A DNA stretch of 64,000 nucleotides from Candidatus Limnocylindrales bacterium (lineage in GTDB: Bacteria; Chloroflexota; Limnocylindria; Limnocylindrales; CSP1-4). The stretch is taken from NCBI GenBank assembly GCA_036508755.1, contig DATCGV010000081.1, forward strand, positions 67,062-131,061, given 5' to 3'. The notes beneath the pieces were generated by a model. It did no database searches. It saw only the letters and a list, made by a program, of their open reading frames with translations, and was not told where the DNA came from. Position 1 is the first letter of the stretch. Each line of letters begins with the position of its first letter. The position numbers and the translations under genes are program-made. Below are positions 36,218 to 44,735 of this stretch, piece after piece.

Positions 36218-37282
36218 CTATCGCTCGCCCACCCCCTCTCGTCTGTCGGCGAGGACGCGGCGGCGAGCGATTGCCGCGACGCCACGCGCGCCTGCCTCGA
36301 CGTTGGGCGACAAGATCACGACCCGTGTGTCGGCGAAAGCCGCCTCCACGAGCGGGGATGCCGCGCGCTCGCGGCCGATCGCCTCGAGCACCGGCCGTAG
36401 GAGTGCCTCGCCCGCGCCGGCTACGCCGCCACCAATGACGACGTAGCTGACACCAAGGGTCAGCACCAGGCTGCGGATGGCGCGCCCCAGGCGCTCGGCG
36501 ACGGTGGTTGCGAGCTCTGCTGCCAATTGATCGCCGGCCTCGGCCGCGCGGAACACGTCGGTCGGTGTCGCATCCGGTCCGAGCGTGCTCTGCCTGCCGC
36601 TGGCGAGGGCCTCGTGCACCATGCGCACGATGGCCGGCCCGGCCGTCACGTGTTCGAGACAGCCGATCAGTCCGCACGCGCAGCGGCCGTCATCGGGGTC
36701 GGCACTGACGTGGCCGACCTCACCGGCGAGGCCGTTCGCGCCGCGCAGGACGCGGCCGTTGAGGACGATCCCGGCCGAGATGCCAGTGCCCACGGAGAGA
36801 TATGCGAGATCGAGCGGGACATCGCCGTCCGCACCACTCGACTCGATCCACGAAGCCGCCGCGCGTGCGTCGTGTTCCACGTAGCACGGCAGGCCGACCG
36901 ATTCGGCGAGCATTGGGCCAAGGCGCATGGCGCTGCCGTCCCGGTTGCCGCCGAGGTTGACCGCGAGGCGGATCGTGCCGGTGTCGGGCTCGACGTGGCC
37001 GGGCACGGCCACGCCAACCGCGGCAACTCGATCGCCGTCGTCGGCCGAACAGCGCGCCACCGCGCCGCGGATCAGGTCGCCGAGCTGGCCGGCAAGGCGT
37101 GTCGTGTCGGTTGGCACGACAGCGTGGAGCAGGACTCGATCGTCGGCGTCGGTCACGACGTACGCGGTCTTCGTACCGCCCACGTCGATACCCACGGTCA
37201 GCAGCTGGTCGGTGTGCGGCGCGAGCGCAGGCAACCGGCCCGCGATTGAGTTGGGCATGATCGGCGCGTAGGGCATCGTCAT
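36218..37282 (-). CDS. ROK-family sugar kinase (glucokinase / N-acetylglucosamine kinase-like)
   Basis: LTVGIDVGGTKTAYVV, GEVGHVSADPDDGRCACGLIGCLEHV (ROK Zn motif). No N-terminal HTH. The ATG overlaps the upstream stop (ATGA). Confidence 0.85.
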   Translation of the reverse strand: MTMPYAPIMPNSIAGRLPALAPHTDQLLTVGIDVGGTKTAYVVTDADDRVLLHAVVPTDTTRLAGQLGDLIRGAVARCSADDGDRVAAVGVAVPGHVEPDTGTIRLAVNLGGNRDGSAMRLGPMLAESVGLPCYVEHDARAAASWIESSGADGDVPLDLAYLSVGTGISAGIVLNGRVLRGANGLAGEVGHVSADPDDGRCACGLIGCLEHVTAGPAIVRMVHEALASGRQSTLGPDATPTDVFRAAEAGDQLAAELATTVAERLGRAIRSLVLTLGVSYVVIGGGVAGAGEALLRPVLEAIGRERAASPLVEAAFADTRVVILSPNVEAGARGVAAIARRRVLADRREGVGER

Positions 37283-38463
37283 CTGATGAGGGTCAACCCC
37301 AGCTCTTGGGTCATGAGCAGCGCCGAGGCACCGACGATGACGTCGTCATCGCGTGTCTCGCCGAGCTCGATGATCGTCTCGCGCGCGAGGATCGGAAGGG
37401 CGCTTGACGCCGTCTGGCGGCGGACTGCGTCCAGCCATTCGTTGCCGAGGTGGGTCGCCTGCCCGATGAGCAGCACGTGGTTGACATTGAGCGCGGCAAT
37501 CAGCGCCGCGATGCCTTCGCCGAGCGTTCCCGCGGCGCGAATGACGACGCTGCGCGCCTGCTCGTCGCCGGCCCGGAAGGCGGCGATGAGCGACTGGTCG
37601 TCCGTGATCGAGGGCACGAGGCGATGCGCCGCGGAGACCATGGCCGACATGCTCGCGACTGTCTCGAGGCAGCCCACGCGGCCGCAGCGGCAACGCTCGA
37701 CGCGATCCATGGGCGAGATGTCGCCGAAGATCGAGTGGCCGATCTCGCCCGCGCCGGAGCCGTCGCCGCTGTACAGCTTGCCGCCCAGGATGATCCCGGC
37801 GCCGATACCCCGGCCGACGCGGACGACGATCAGGTTCTGCGGCCAGGGGATGCTGCCGTAGGTGCTCTCGGCGACGGCAGCGGCCTGTGAATCATTGGCC
37901 ACGACCGTGGCCATTCCGAAGTGCTTGCTGACCATGCTCCCGAGAGGCATGTCCGACCAGTCGAGGTTGACCGACCAGCGCACCACGCCCGAACGCGAGT
38001 CGACCAGACCCGGCGCGCCGATGCCGACACCGAGCAACGAGCTGTGGCCGTTGCGTCGGATCAGGCTGTCGATCAGGCCGTAGACGACCTCGACTGCGTC
38101 ATTGCCCTTGCGCCCCTCGAGGGCAACCTGGGCCGACTTGACGACGCTGCCGCGCAGGTCGACGAGGGCGCCGGAGAAGACCAACTCGCCCAGGTCGAGG
38201 CCAATCGCGTGCCTGCCGTCGGGTCGGACGCGAAGCATGATCGGCGCCTTGCCACCGGTCGACGGGCCAGGTCCCATCTCCTCGATCAGGCCATCGCGCA
38301 GTAGCTCCGCGACAAGCGCGGAGACTGACGTGCGTGTCAGGCCAGTCAGTCGCGCAAGCTCGGCGCGGCTGACCTGCGACCGGTCGTAGATCGCGCGCAG
38401 CACAAGCTGTTGGTTGAACGCGCGCGTCTGCCGGTGCGTGGCCTTCTCAGGAAGGTTCGGCAT
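37279..38463 (-). CDS. ROK-family transcriptional repressor (NagC/XylR-type)
   Basis: N-terminal winged HTH (NQQLVLRAIYDRSQVSRAELARLTGLTRTSVSALVAELLRDGLI) plus a ROK sugar-binding core with CRCGRVGCLE. Confidence 0.85.
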   Translation of the reverse strand: MPNLPEKATHRQTRAFNQQLVLRAIYDRSQVSRAELARLTGLTRTSVSALVAELLRDGLIEEMGPGPSTGGKAPIMLRVRPDGRHAIGLDLGELVFSGALVDLRGSVVKSAQVALEGRKGNDAVEVVYGLIDSLIRRNGHSSLLGVGIGAPGLVDSRSGVVRWSVNLDWSDMPLGSMVSKHFGMATVVANDSQAAAVAESTYGSIPWPQNLIVVRVGRGIGAGIILGGKLYSGDGSGAGEIGHSIFGDISPMDRVERCRCGRVGCLETVASMSAMVSAAHRLVPSITDDQSLIAAFRAGDEQARSVVIRAAGTLGEGIAALIAALNVNHVLLIGQATHLGNEWLDAVRRQTASSALPILARETIIELGETRDDDVIVGASALLMTQELGLTLIR

Positions 38464-38745
38464 TTACCTCACACTGCCGGCCGGTCGCCTCGCTCTCTCC
38501 TCTGGTCGCGCGCGGTGCTCCCCAACACGTGCGGCACTGCGAGCTACGACAGGTCAGTGACCGGTACTTTGTAAGGCATTGGTGCGTGCTTTGTCAAGGC
38601 AGTGAACGAAGCTTATTGACTACTCGCGGCGGGTGCAACGGATGCCGCGCCGGCCGCATCGAATCAGGCTCGTGGGACGCCGATTCTGGCGTGAGACGCA
38701 ACAAATGACCGTTGCGCAACAAATCCAGGTGGCTCGGCCGGCGCC

Positions 38746-40107
38746 TCAGCGGGAGATCAGGCGCTGGTACCAGCGCGCGCTTTGCTTCGGCGTCCGCGCC
38801 TGTGTCGGGAAGTCGACGTGGATGACTCCGAAGCGCTTGGCGTAGCCCAGGTTCCACTCGAGGTTGTCCATCAGCGACCAGACGTAGTAGCCGCTCAGCG
38901 GCACGCCGACGTCGATCGCATCGGCCGCCTTCGCCAGGTGGCGGGCAAGGTAGGACTGGCGGTCCGCGTCGTGGATCGTGCCGTCGGCCGCGACCGGATC
39001 GGGGTAGGCGGCCCCGTTCTCGCTGACGATCATGTCCTTTGGCGCGTACGTCTGGTGGACCCAGGTCAGGCTGGCCGAAAGGCCGTCGGGCACGACCTCC
39101 CAGCCCATCTCGGTCAGCTCGACGCCCGCGGGCGGCGCGATGTGCCAGTCGAACGGCTTGTCCGAGCGCGCACGGACCGTCTCCTGGCGGTAGTAGTTGA
39201 TGCCGATGTAGTCGAGGTCGCCCGCTGGCGGGGTCGTCAGCTCGACGCCATCGAGATGGCCGGCCGCTTCGTGGGCGCGCATGCCGAGCTCCGGGTAGCC
39301 CCGGCCGAAGAGCGGGTCGAGGAACCATGTGTCGCGCGTGGCGCGGTATTCGGCCGCGGCGCGAAAGTCACGCTCCGAATCGGTCGCCGGCACGAAATGG
39401 TTGATGTCCACGGCCACGCCGATGCGCGCACGCGGCACCTCGCTGCGGATCGCCTCGACGGCCGCTGCGTGCGCGCGCAGCTCGTTGTCGGCGACGCGCA
39501 GCGCAGTCGGCCAGTCGGCCAGACCGGGCGCGTGGACGCCCTCGGCATGGCCCAGGAACGCGAACACGGCGGGCTCGTTGAACGTCATCCATTCGCTGAT
39601 CGAGTCGCCCAGGCGTGTGGCGACGAGGTGGGCGTAGTCCGCGAACTGGCCGATGATGTCGCGATTGGCGAAGCCGCCGCGGTCCTGGAGCGCCTGCGGC
39701 AGGTCCCAGTGGAAAAGGTTGGCCAGCGGTTCGATGCCGTTCGCGCGCAGCTCGTCGACGAGGCGGCGATAGAAGTCAATGCCCTTCTGATTGGCCGTGC
39801 CACTGCCGGTCGGAAGGACGCGCGGCCAGCTGATGCTGAAGCGGTAGGCGCGCGCACCCAGCTCGGCCATCAGGCGCACGTCGTCGCGGTAGCGGTGGTA
39901 GTGATCGCACGCGACATCGCCCGTGTCGCCGTTGAGCGTCTTACCCGGCGTGTGCGAGAAGGTGTCCCAGATCGACGCGCCGCGGCCGTCCTCGGTCACG
40001 GCCCCCTCGATCTGATAGGCGGAGGCGGCAAAGCCCCAGCGGAAGCCATCCGGAAAGCGCTGGGCCAGCTTTTCCGGGTTCCCTTCGTATTCTTCGGCGT
40101 CGTTCAC
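38746..40107 (-). CDS. GH1 beta-glucosidase
   Basis: FPDGFRWGFAASAYQIEG, YRFSISWPRV, TFNEP (acid/base) and VSENGAAY (nucleophile). I chose the GTG at 40107, just after the kinase stop; the track ATG at 40194 would overlap the kinase by 83 nt. Confidence 0.88.
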   Translation of the reverse strand: MNDAEEYEGNPEKLAQRFPDGFRWGFAASAYQIEGAVTEDGRGASIWDTFSHTPGKTLNGDTGDVACDHYHRYRDDVRLMAELGARAYRFSISWPRVLPTGSGTANQKGIDFYRRLVDELRANGIEPLANLFHWDLPQALQDRGGFANRDIIGQFADYAHLVATRLGDSISEWMTFNEPAVFAFLGHAEGVHAPGLADWPTALRVADNELRAHAAAVEAIRSEVPRARIGVAVDINHFVPATDSERDFRAAAEYRATRDTWFLDPLFGRGYPELGMRAHEAAGHLDGVELTTPPAGDLDYIGINYYRQETVRARSDKPFDWHIAPPAGVELTEMGWEVVPDGLSASLTWVHQTYAPKDMIVSENGAAYPDPVAADGTIHDADRQSYLARHLAKAADAIDVGVPLSGYYVWSLMDNLEWNLGYAKRFGVIHVDFPTQARTPKQSARWYQRLISR

Positions 40108-40111
40108 CCGC

Positions 40112-41596
40112 CTATTGTGCAGGCGCGACCGTTTGCTCCGTTTCGGGTTCGTCCGCGTCGGTGTCGGCTTCGTCGGCCGTGGCGATGCCGTCACGCGGGA
40201 GCGTCAAGGTGAACGTGGCGCCGCCACCGGGCGTGTTCGAGTAGTCGATCTCGCCGCCATGCGCGGCCACCACCGACGCCGCGATCGACAGGCCCAGGCC
40301 GGAACCGCCGCGATCCCTCGTGCGCGCCGTGTCGGCGCGATAGAAGCGATCGAAGATGTGCTCGACATGCGCCGGGTCGATGCCCGGCCCGTGGTCGGCC
40401 ACGCGCAGGTTGGTCGATCCGTTGCGCGCCGACAGCGCGACCTCAACCGGTGCGTCGGGCGGAGTGTGCACGCGGACGTTGGTGAAAAGGTTGCCGATGA
40501 CCTGGCGCAGCCGATCCTCGTCGCCGCTGACGACGACGTCGGGTTGCACCGAGGCATCGATCGGCCGCTCGGGCTCGACCGCGCGCAGGTCAAGCAGCGC
40601 GTCGTTGACGAGCTCGCTCAGCGGCACCTGGTCGTGGCGCAGCGGCCGGCCCTGGTCAAGCCGGGCGAGGAGGAGCAGGTCTTCGACGAGCGCCGCCATG
40701 CGCCGGCTCTCGCTGCCGATGCGCGCCATTGCCTGGCGCACGGCATCCTCGTCGGCCAGGCCGCCGGCGCGGTACAGCTCGGAGTAACCGCGCACCGCGG
40801 TCAACGGCGTGCGCAGCTCGTGCGAGGCGTCGGCCACGAACTGGCGCAGCTTGCGCTCGCTGCGCTCCTTGGCCAGCAGCGCCGAGTGCTGGCTGTCGAA
40901 GAGGCCCTGGATCTGGTCGAGCATGGTGTCGAAGGCATGGCCAAGGCGGCCGATCTCAGAGCCGTCGTCGGGCACGCCGACGCGCTGTGACAGGTCGCCA
41001 TCCGAGATGCGCTCGGCGGTCATGGTCATGCTCTCGAGTGGGCGCAGGTCGCGCCGGATGATGAACCAGCCGACGATCAGGATTAGTGCCAGGACCGCGA
41101 GGCCGACGATGACCAGCGTCCGCGTCAGGACGCCGATCGAATTCTCGATGCCCTGCATCGGTGCCGCAAGGACGGCGATGACCGGTTGCGGACCGATGTG
41201 GCCGGCCACGGCCAGGACGCGATAGTCGAGCGATCCATCAACGGCCGGAAGCTCGACGATCGTCGCCGGCAGGCGGGTCGGATCGTTGCCTGGGATCTGG
41301 GGCAGTGGATCGGGCGCCGATGCAATTCCAGAGGGCAATTCGCTCAGCTGGTCGCCGTCCGCGTCGTAGATCAGCAGCGCGAAGCGGCGCCCCGTCGGGT
41401 CGTTATTGCTGCCCGTCGGCGCCGTCGAGATGTCAGCGCTCGTCGCGGTGCTCAGGTCGGTGTCGAGCTGGTCGACGAGGCTCTGCCTGGTAAGGCCGAT
41501 GACCAGCGCGCCGGAAACGAGCAGCGCGGTCGCGAGCAGAAGGCCGAGCGCCAGCAGCAGCCGCGCTCGAAGAGTCGGTCGGATCGTGTCAGGCAG
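40112..41596 (-). CDS. sensor histidine kinase (2 TM, HAMP, HisKA, HATPase_c)
   Basis: HAMP (RRDLRPLESMTMTAERISDGDL), H-box ADASHELRTPLTAV, and N/G boxes (NLFTNVRVHT, DHGPGI, GGSGLGLSI). The first canonical start (TTG at 41338) would omit TM1 (RARLLLALGLLLATALLVSGALVIGL). That helix is in frame upstream, so I extend to the CTG at 41596-41594. Confidence 0.8.
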   Translation of the reverse strand: MPDTIRPTLRARLLLALGLLLATALLVSGALVIGLTRQSLVDQLDTDLSTATSADISTAPTGSNNDPTGRRFALLIYDADGDQLSELPSGIASAPDPLPQIPGNDPTRLPATIVELPAVDGSLDYRVLAVAGHIGPQPVIAVLAAPMQGIENSIGVLTRTLVIVGLAVLALILIVGWFIIRRDLRPLESMTMTAERISDGDLSQRVGVPDDGSEIGRLGHAFDTMLDQIQGLFDSQHSALLAKERSERKLRQFVADASHELRTPLTAVRGYSELYRAGGLADEDAVRQAMARIGSESRRMAALVEDLLLLARLDQGRPLRHDQVPLSELVNDALLDLRAVEPERPIDASVQPDVVVSGDEDRLRQVIGNLFTNVRVHTPPDAPVEVALSARNGSTNLRVADHGPGIDPAHVEHIFDRFYRADTARTRDRGGSGLGLSIAASVVAAHGGEIDYSNTPGGGATFTLTLPRDGIATADEADTDADEPETEQTVAPAQ

Positions 41597-42320
41597 CCTC
41601 GGCGCGCAGCGTATACCCGAAGCCGCGCACCGTGCGGATCAAGGGGTCGTGGTGCGCGTCGAGCTTGCGCCGCAGGTAGCTGATGTAGGTCTCGACGACG
41701 TTGTCGTCGCCGTTGAAGTCGTATTGCCAGACGTGGTCGAGGATCTGTTGCTTGGACAGGACACGCTCGGAATTGAGCAGCAGGTAGCGCAGCAGCCGGA
41801 ACTCGGTCGGCGACAGGCGGACCTCCTCGCCCGAGCGCCACACCTGGTGGCGATCCTCGTCGAGCTCCAGGTCGCGATAGCGCAGGCGCTGCGTCTCGTT
41901 CTCGGCGTCGACTGCACGTGTGCGCCGCAGCAGGGCGCCGATGCGGAGCGTCAGCTCCTCGAGCGAGAACGGCTTGGTCACGTAGTCGTCGCCACCGCGA
42001 ATGAAGCCGGTCACGCGGTCATCCTCGGCGTCGCGCGCGGTCAGGAAGATGACCGGCACGAAGTCGCCGTCCGCGCGCAGTCGGCGGCACACCTCGAAGC
42101 CGTCTATGTCGGGCAGCATCACGTCGAGCACGACCACGTCGGGTGGCGTGCGCGAAGCGGATTCGAGCGCGCCCATGCCCGTCCGCGCGGTCGCCACCTC
42201 GTAACCCATGTAGCGCAGCGCGGTCGAAAGCAGCTCGGTGATCGACGACTCGTCATCGACGACGAGGACGCGCCCGACGGGCTCGGGGCGATTGCCACTG
42301 CTGGAGGGGAGGGCTTTCAC
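41589..42320 (-). CDS. OmpR-family response regulator
   Basis: VLVVDDE, VVLDVMLPDIDG, LTAR, YVTKPF, and a winged-helix C-terminus (LSPTEFRLLRYLL..IRTVRGFGY). GTG at 42320; the track start at 42446 is trimmed. Confidence 0.9.
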   Translation of the reverse strand: MKALPSSSGNRPEPVGRVLVVDDESSITELLSTALRYMGYEVATARTGMGALESASRTPPDVVVLDVMLPDIDGFEVCRRLRADGDFVPVIFLTARDAEDDRVTGFIRGGDDYVTKPFSLEELTLRIGALLRRTRAVDAENETQRLRYRDLELDEDRHQVWRSGEEVRLSPTEFRLLRYLLLNSERVLSKQQILDHVWQYDFNGDDNVVETYISYLRRKLDAHHDPLIRTVRGFGYTLRAEAA

Positions 42321-42354
42321 GTCTGGGAATAAGACTCCTTCGGACTGTGAACTC

Positions 42355-42398
42355 GCTGTGAGTCTACCGAAGGAATAGTGTGGTGACAGACTCACAGC
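42355..42398. promoter_or_regulatory. perfect 11-bp inverted repeat upstream of the response-regulator gene
   Basis: GCTGTGAGTCT, 22 nt, AGACTCACAGC. It lies 35-78 nt upstream of the GTG at 42320. Confidence 0.45.
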
Positions 42399-42753
42399 AA
42401 TCTCCCAGAGCGCGTTGTGCCTTTGCCAAGGGAAGCGGTCCAGCATTCACAACTGAAGAGACGACCAAGCGCCAATAGGGCAAGCCGCTCACCTTGACTC
42501 TCTCCTCCTCCTCCGAGGTGTGCGGCTTCCGGCGCTTGGCTCGACTCTCCTCCCCACGCGGTGACCACTCCCTCGGTCGCCGCTGCCCGCGTCCGCGCGT
42601 TATGCACCCGATGCGGGCGTTGCGCCTTCCGCCGCTAGCTCACGCACATGGAGTGCGCTCGCGTCGCGTGCTCAGGCGCGGCCTTCGCCTCGGGCGCCTA
42701 CCGCGCGGTCGCCACTGCCCTGCACAAAGCAGTTGGCGCAGGCGCGCCTTTGG

Positions 42754-43689
42754 TTAGCTGTGAGCGAGTCTCGCCTCTCGTTCGGCGACCTTGGCCAGCG
42801 CGTCGATGAAGCGCGGCGTCATGTTGAGCGAGTCGATCCTTGCGAACTCCAGGCCGGCCGCCTCGGCCTGTTCGCGCGCGCCCACGTCCACGTCGTACAG
42901 GATCTCGAGATGGTCGGCCAGGAACTGCACGGGCGCCACCAGCACAGCGCGGTTGCCCTCTGCCGCCAGTTCCGGCATCAGGTCGGCGAAGTCCGGTTTC
43001 ATCCATTCGCCCGGCTCGTGCCCGGCACTCTGCCAGCAGAAACGCCACTGATGATCGGCTAGACCCGCGGCGCGCGCGACCGCCGTGGCCGTGTCCTGGA
43101 GCTGGGCGATGTAGCCAGGCTCCTGGTCGGCCACCCCGCGGGGGAGGGAGTGGGCCGTCAACAGGACCGGTACCTGCTCGTGGCCAGCAGCGGAGAGCCG
43201 GCTCAGTCCCTCGCGAATGCGACCGGCGACGGCCGCCGTGAACTCCGGCTCGAGGTGCCAAGCACCGGCGACGACGACCGCAGGCGCTGCGGCGCCGAAC
43301 GCTGACCGTGCGGCGTCGACGGCGCGCCGATAGCCGCTCATGAGCATCTCGGAGTATTGAGGCGACATCACGATGGCCACGACGCGCTCGGCGCCCGCAT
43401 CGACGACATCCCTCAGCGCCTCGGGGATCGTGGGCGCCGAAAAGCGCATTCCCGCACGTACCACCGCCCGACCCCCGAGATGTTCCTCGAGCGCGGCGGC
43501 CTGGGCCTGGGTAATCTGGATCAGCGGCGAGCCGCCGATGACGTCGTAGCGCCGCCGAAACTCGGTCACCAGCTCTGGCTCCGGGACCCGGCCGCCACGC
43601 ACCGCGGTCATGTAGCGCTCAACGTCGTCGAGCGATGAGGGCGAGCCGTACGTCATGAGCAGGACGCCGAACGGCTGGGTGCCGGTCAT
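42754..43689 (-). CDS. hemH: ferrochelatase (coproporphyrin ferrochelatase-type context)
   Basis: FGVLLMTYGSP, GGSPL, IVMSPQYS and LLTAHSLP. The ATG overlaps the hemE stop (ATGA). Confidence 0.9.
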   Translation of the reverse strand: MTGTQPFGVLLMTYGSPSSLDDVERYMTAVRGGRVPEPELVTEFRRRYDVIGGSPLIQITQAQAAALEEHLGGRAVVRAGMRFSAPTIPEALRDVVDAGAERVVAIVMSPQYSEMLMSGYRRAVDAARSAFGAAAPAVVVAGAWHLEPEFTAAVAGRIREGLSRLSAAGHEQVPVLLTAHSLPRGVADQEPGYIAQLQDTATAVARAAGLADHQWRFCWQSAGHEPGEWMKPDFADLMPELAAEGNRAVLVAPVQFLADHLEILYDVDVGAREQAEAAGLEFARIDSLNMTPRFIDALAKVAEREARLAHS

Positions 43690-44735
43690 TGCGCGGTCTC
43701 CGTGTGCACGAACTCGACGAGCCGGCGCAGGATGTCGGGGCGGCTTTCCGGGAGCACACCGTGGCCCAGGTTGAAGATGTGGCCCGGGCGCCCATCCGCG
43801 CGGCGCAGAACTTCGCGCGCCCCCTCCTCGGTCGCGGTCCAGCCGGCCAACACGCGCGTCGCATCGAGGTTGCCCTGCACGCCGCGCTCGTGGCCGACGC
43901 GCGCCCACGCGACGTCGAGCGACTGGTGGGCATCGATGCTGATGACGTCACCGCCCGCCGCTGTGAGCTGCTCAAGCAAACCGGCCGAGTTCGCACCGAA
44001 ATGGATCGTCGGAACGTCGTGGAGCTCGGCGAAGATGCGGGCGACGTGGGGCTGGACGTAGCGCTCATAAGCGCTCGGCGCGAGCGCGCCGACCCACGAG
44101 TCGAAGAGCTGGAGCACCTGGGCGCCGGCATCTGCCTGGGCGCGCAGGTAGCGCACGATGACATCGCTCAACTTGCTCATCAGCGCGTGCCAGGTGTCGG
44201 GCTCGCGGTACATGAAGGTCTTTGCCTTGGCGAACTCGCGCGACGGTCGGCCTTCGATCAGGTAGCAAGCGAGAGTGAATGGCGCACCGGAGAAGCCAAT
44301 CACCCCGCGGTCACCGGACAGCTCGCCGCTCACCAGCCGGATCGCGTCAAGGACGAAGCCCACGCCCTCGGCTGGCTCGAACAGCCGCAGTCGATCGACG
44401 TCGGCGGCCGAGCGGATGGGGTTATGGATGATCGGTCCGATGTCGGGCTGGATCTCGAGCTCGACGCCCATCGGCTCGAGCGGCAGCATGATGTCGGCGA
44501 ACATGACCGCGGCGTCGACGTTGAACGCCTCGATCGGCATCAGCGTGACCTGCGCGCACAGCTCCGGCGTCTTGGCCAGGGTCAGGATGTCGTAGCGCTC
44601 GCGCAGCGCGCGGTACTCGGCCAGGCAGCGTCCCGCCTGGCGCATGAACCAGACCGGCGTGGCATCTACAGGCTCGTGCCGCGCCGCGGCGAGGAAACGC
44701 TGCTCGCCGGTCATCGTCGCGACAGAAACGGTCAT
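43686..44735 (-). CDS. hemE: uroporphyrinogen decarboxylase
   Basis: PVDATPVWFMRQAGRCLAEYR, DAAVMFADIMLP, FNLGHGV. The start may be the ATG at 44735 or the second ATG at 44714. Confidence 0.9.
   Translation of the reverse strand: MTVSVATMTGEQRFLAAARHEPVDATPVWFMRQAGRCLAEYRALRERYDILTLAKTPELCAQVTLMPIEAFNVDAAVMFADIMLPLEPMGVELEIQPDIGPIIHNPIRSAADVDRLRLFEPAEGVGFVLDAIRLVSGELSGDRGVIGFSGAPFTLACYLIEGRPSREFAKAKTFMYREPDTWHALMSKLSDVIVRYLRAQADAGAQVLQLFDSWVGALAPSAYERYVQPHVARIFAELHDVPTIHFGANSAGLLEQLTAAGGDVISIDAHQSLDVAWARVGHERGVQGNLDATRVLAGWTATEEGAREVLRRADGRPGHIFNLGHGVLPESRPDILRRLVEFVHTETAQ

Noticed and set aside
38782-40212. 476-aa ORF antisense to the GH1 beta-glucosidase gene
   Set aside because: The reasoning is the same. 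The GH1 catalytic motifs are on the minus strand, and the plus-frame product is R/A/V/G-rich nonsense.
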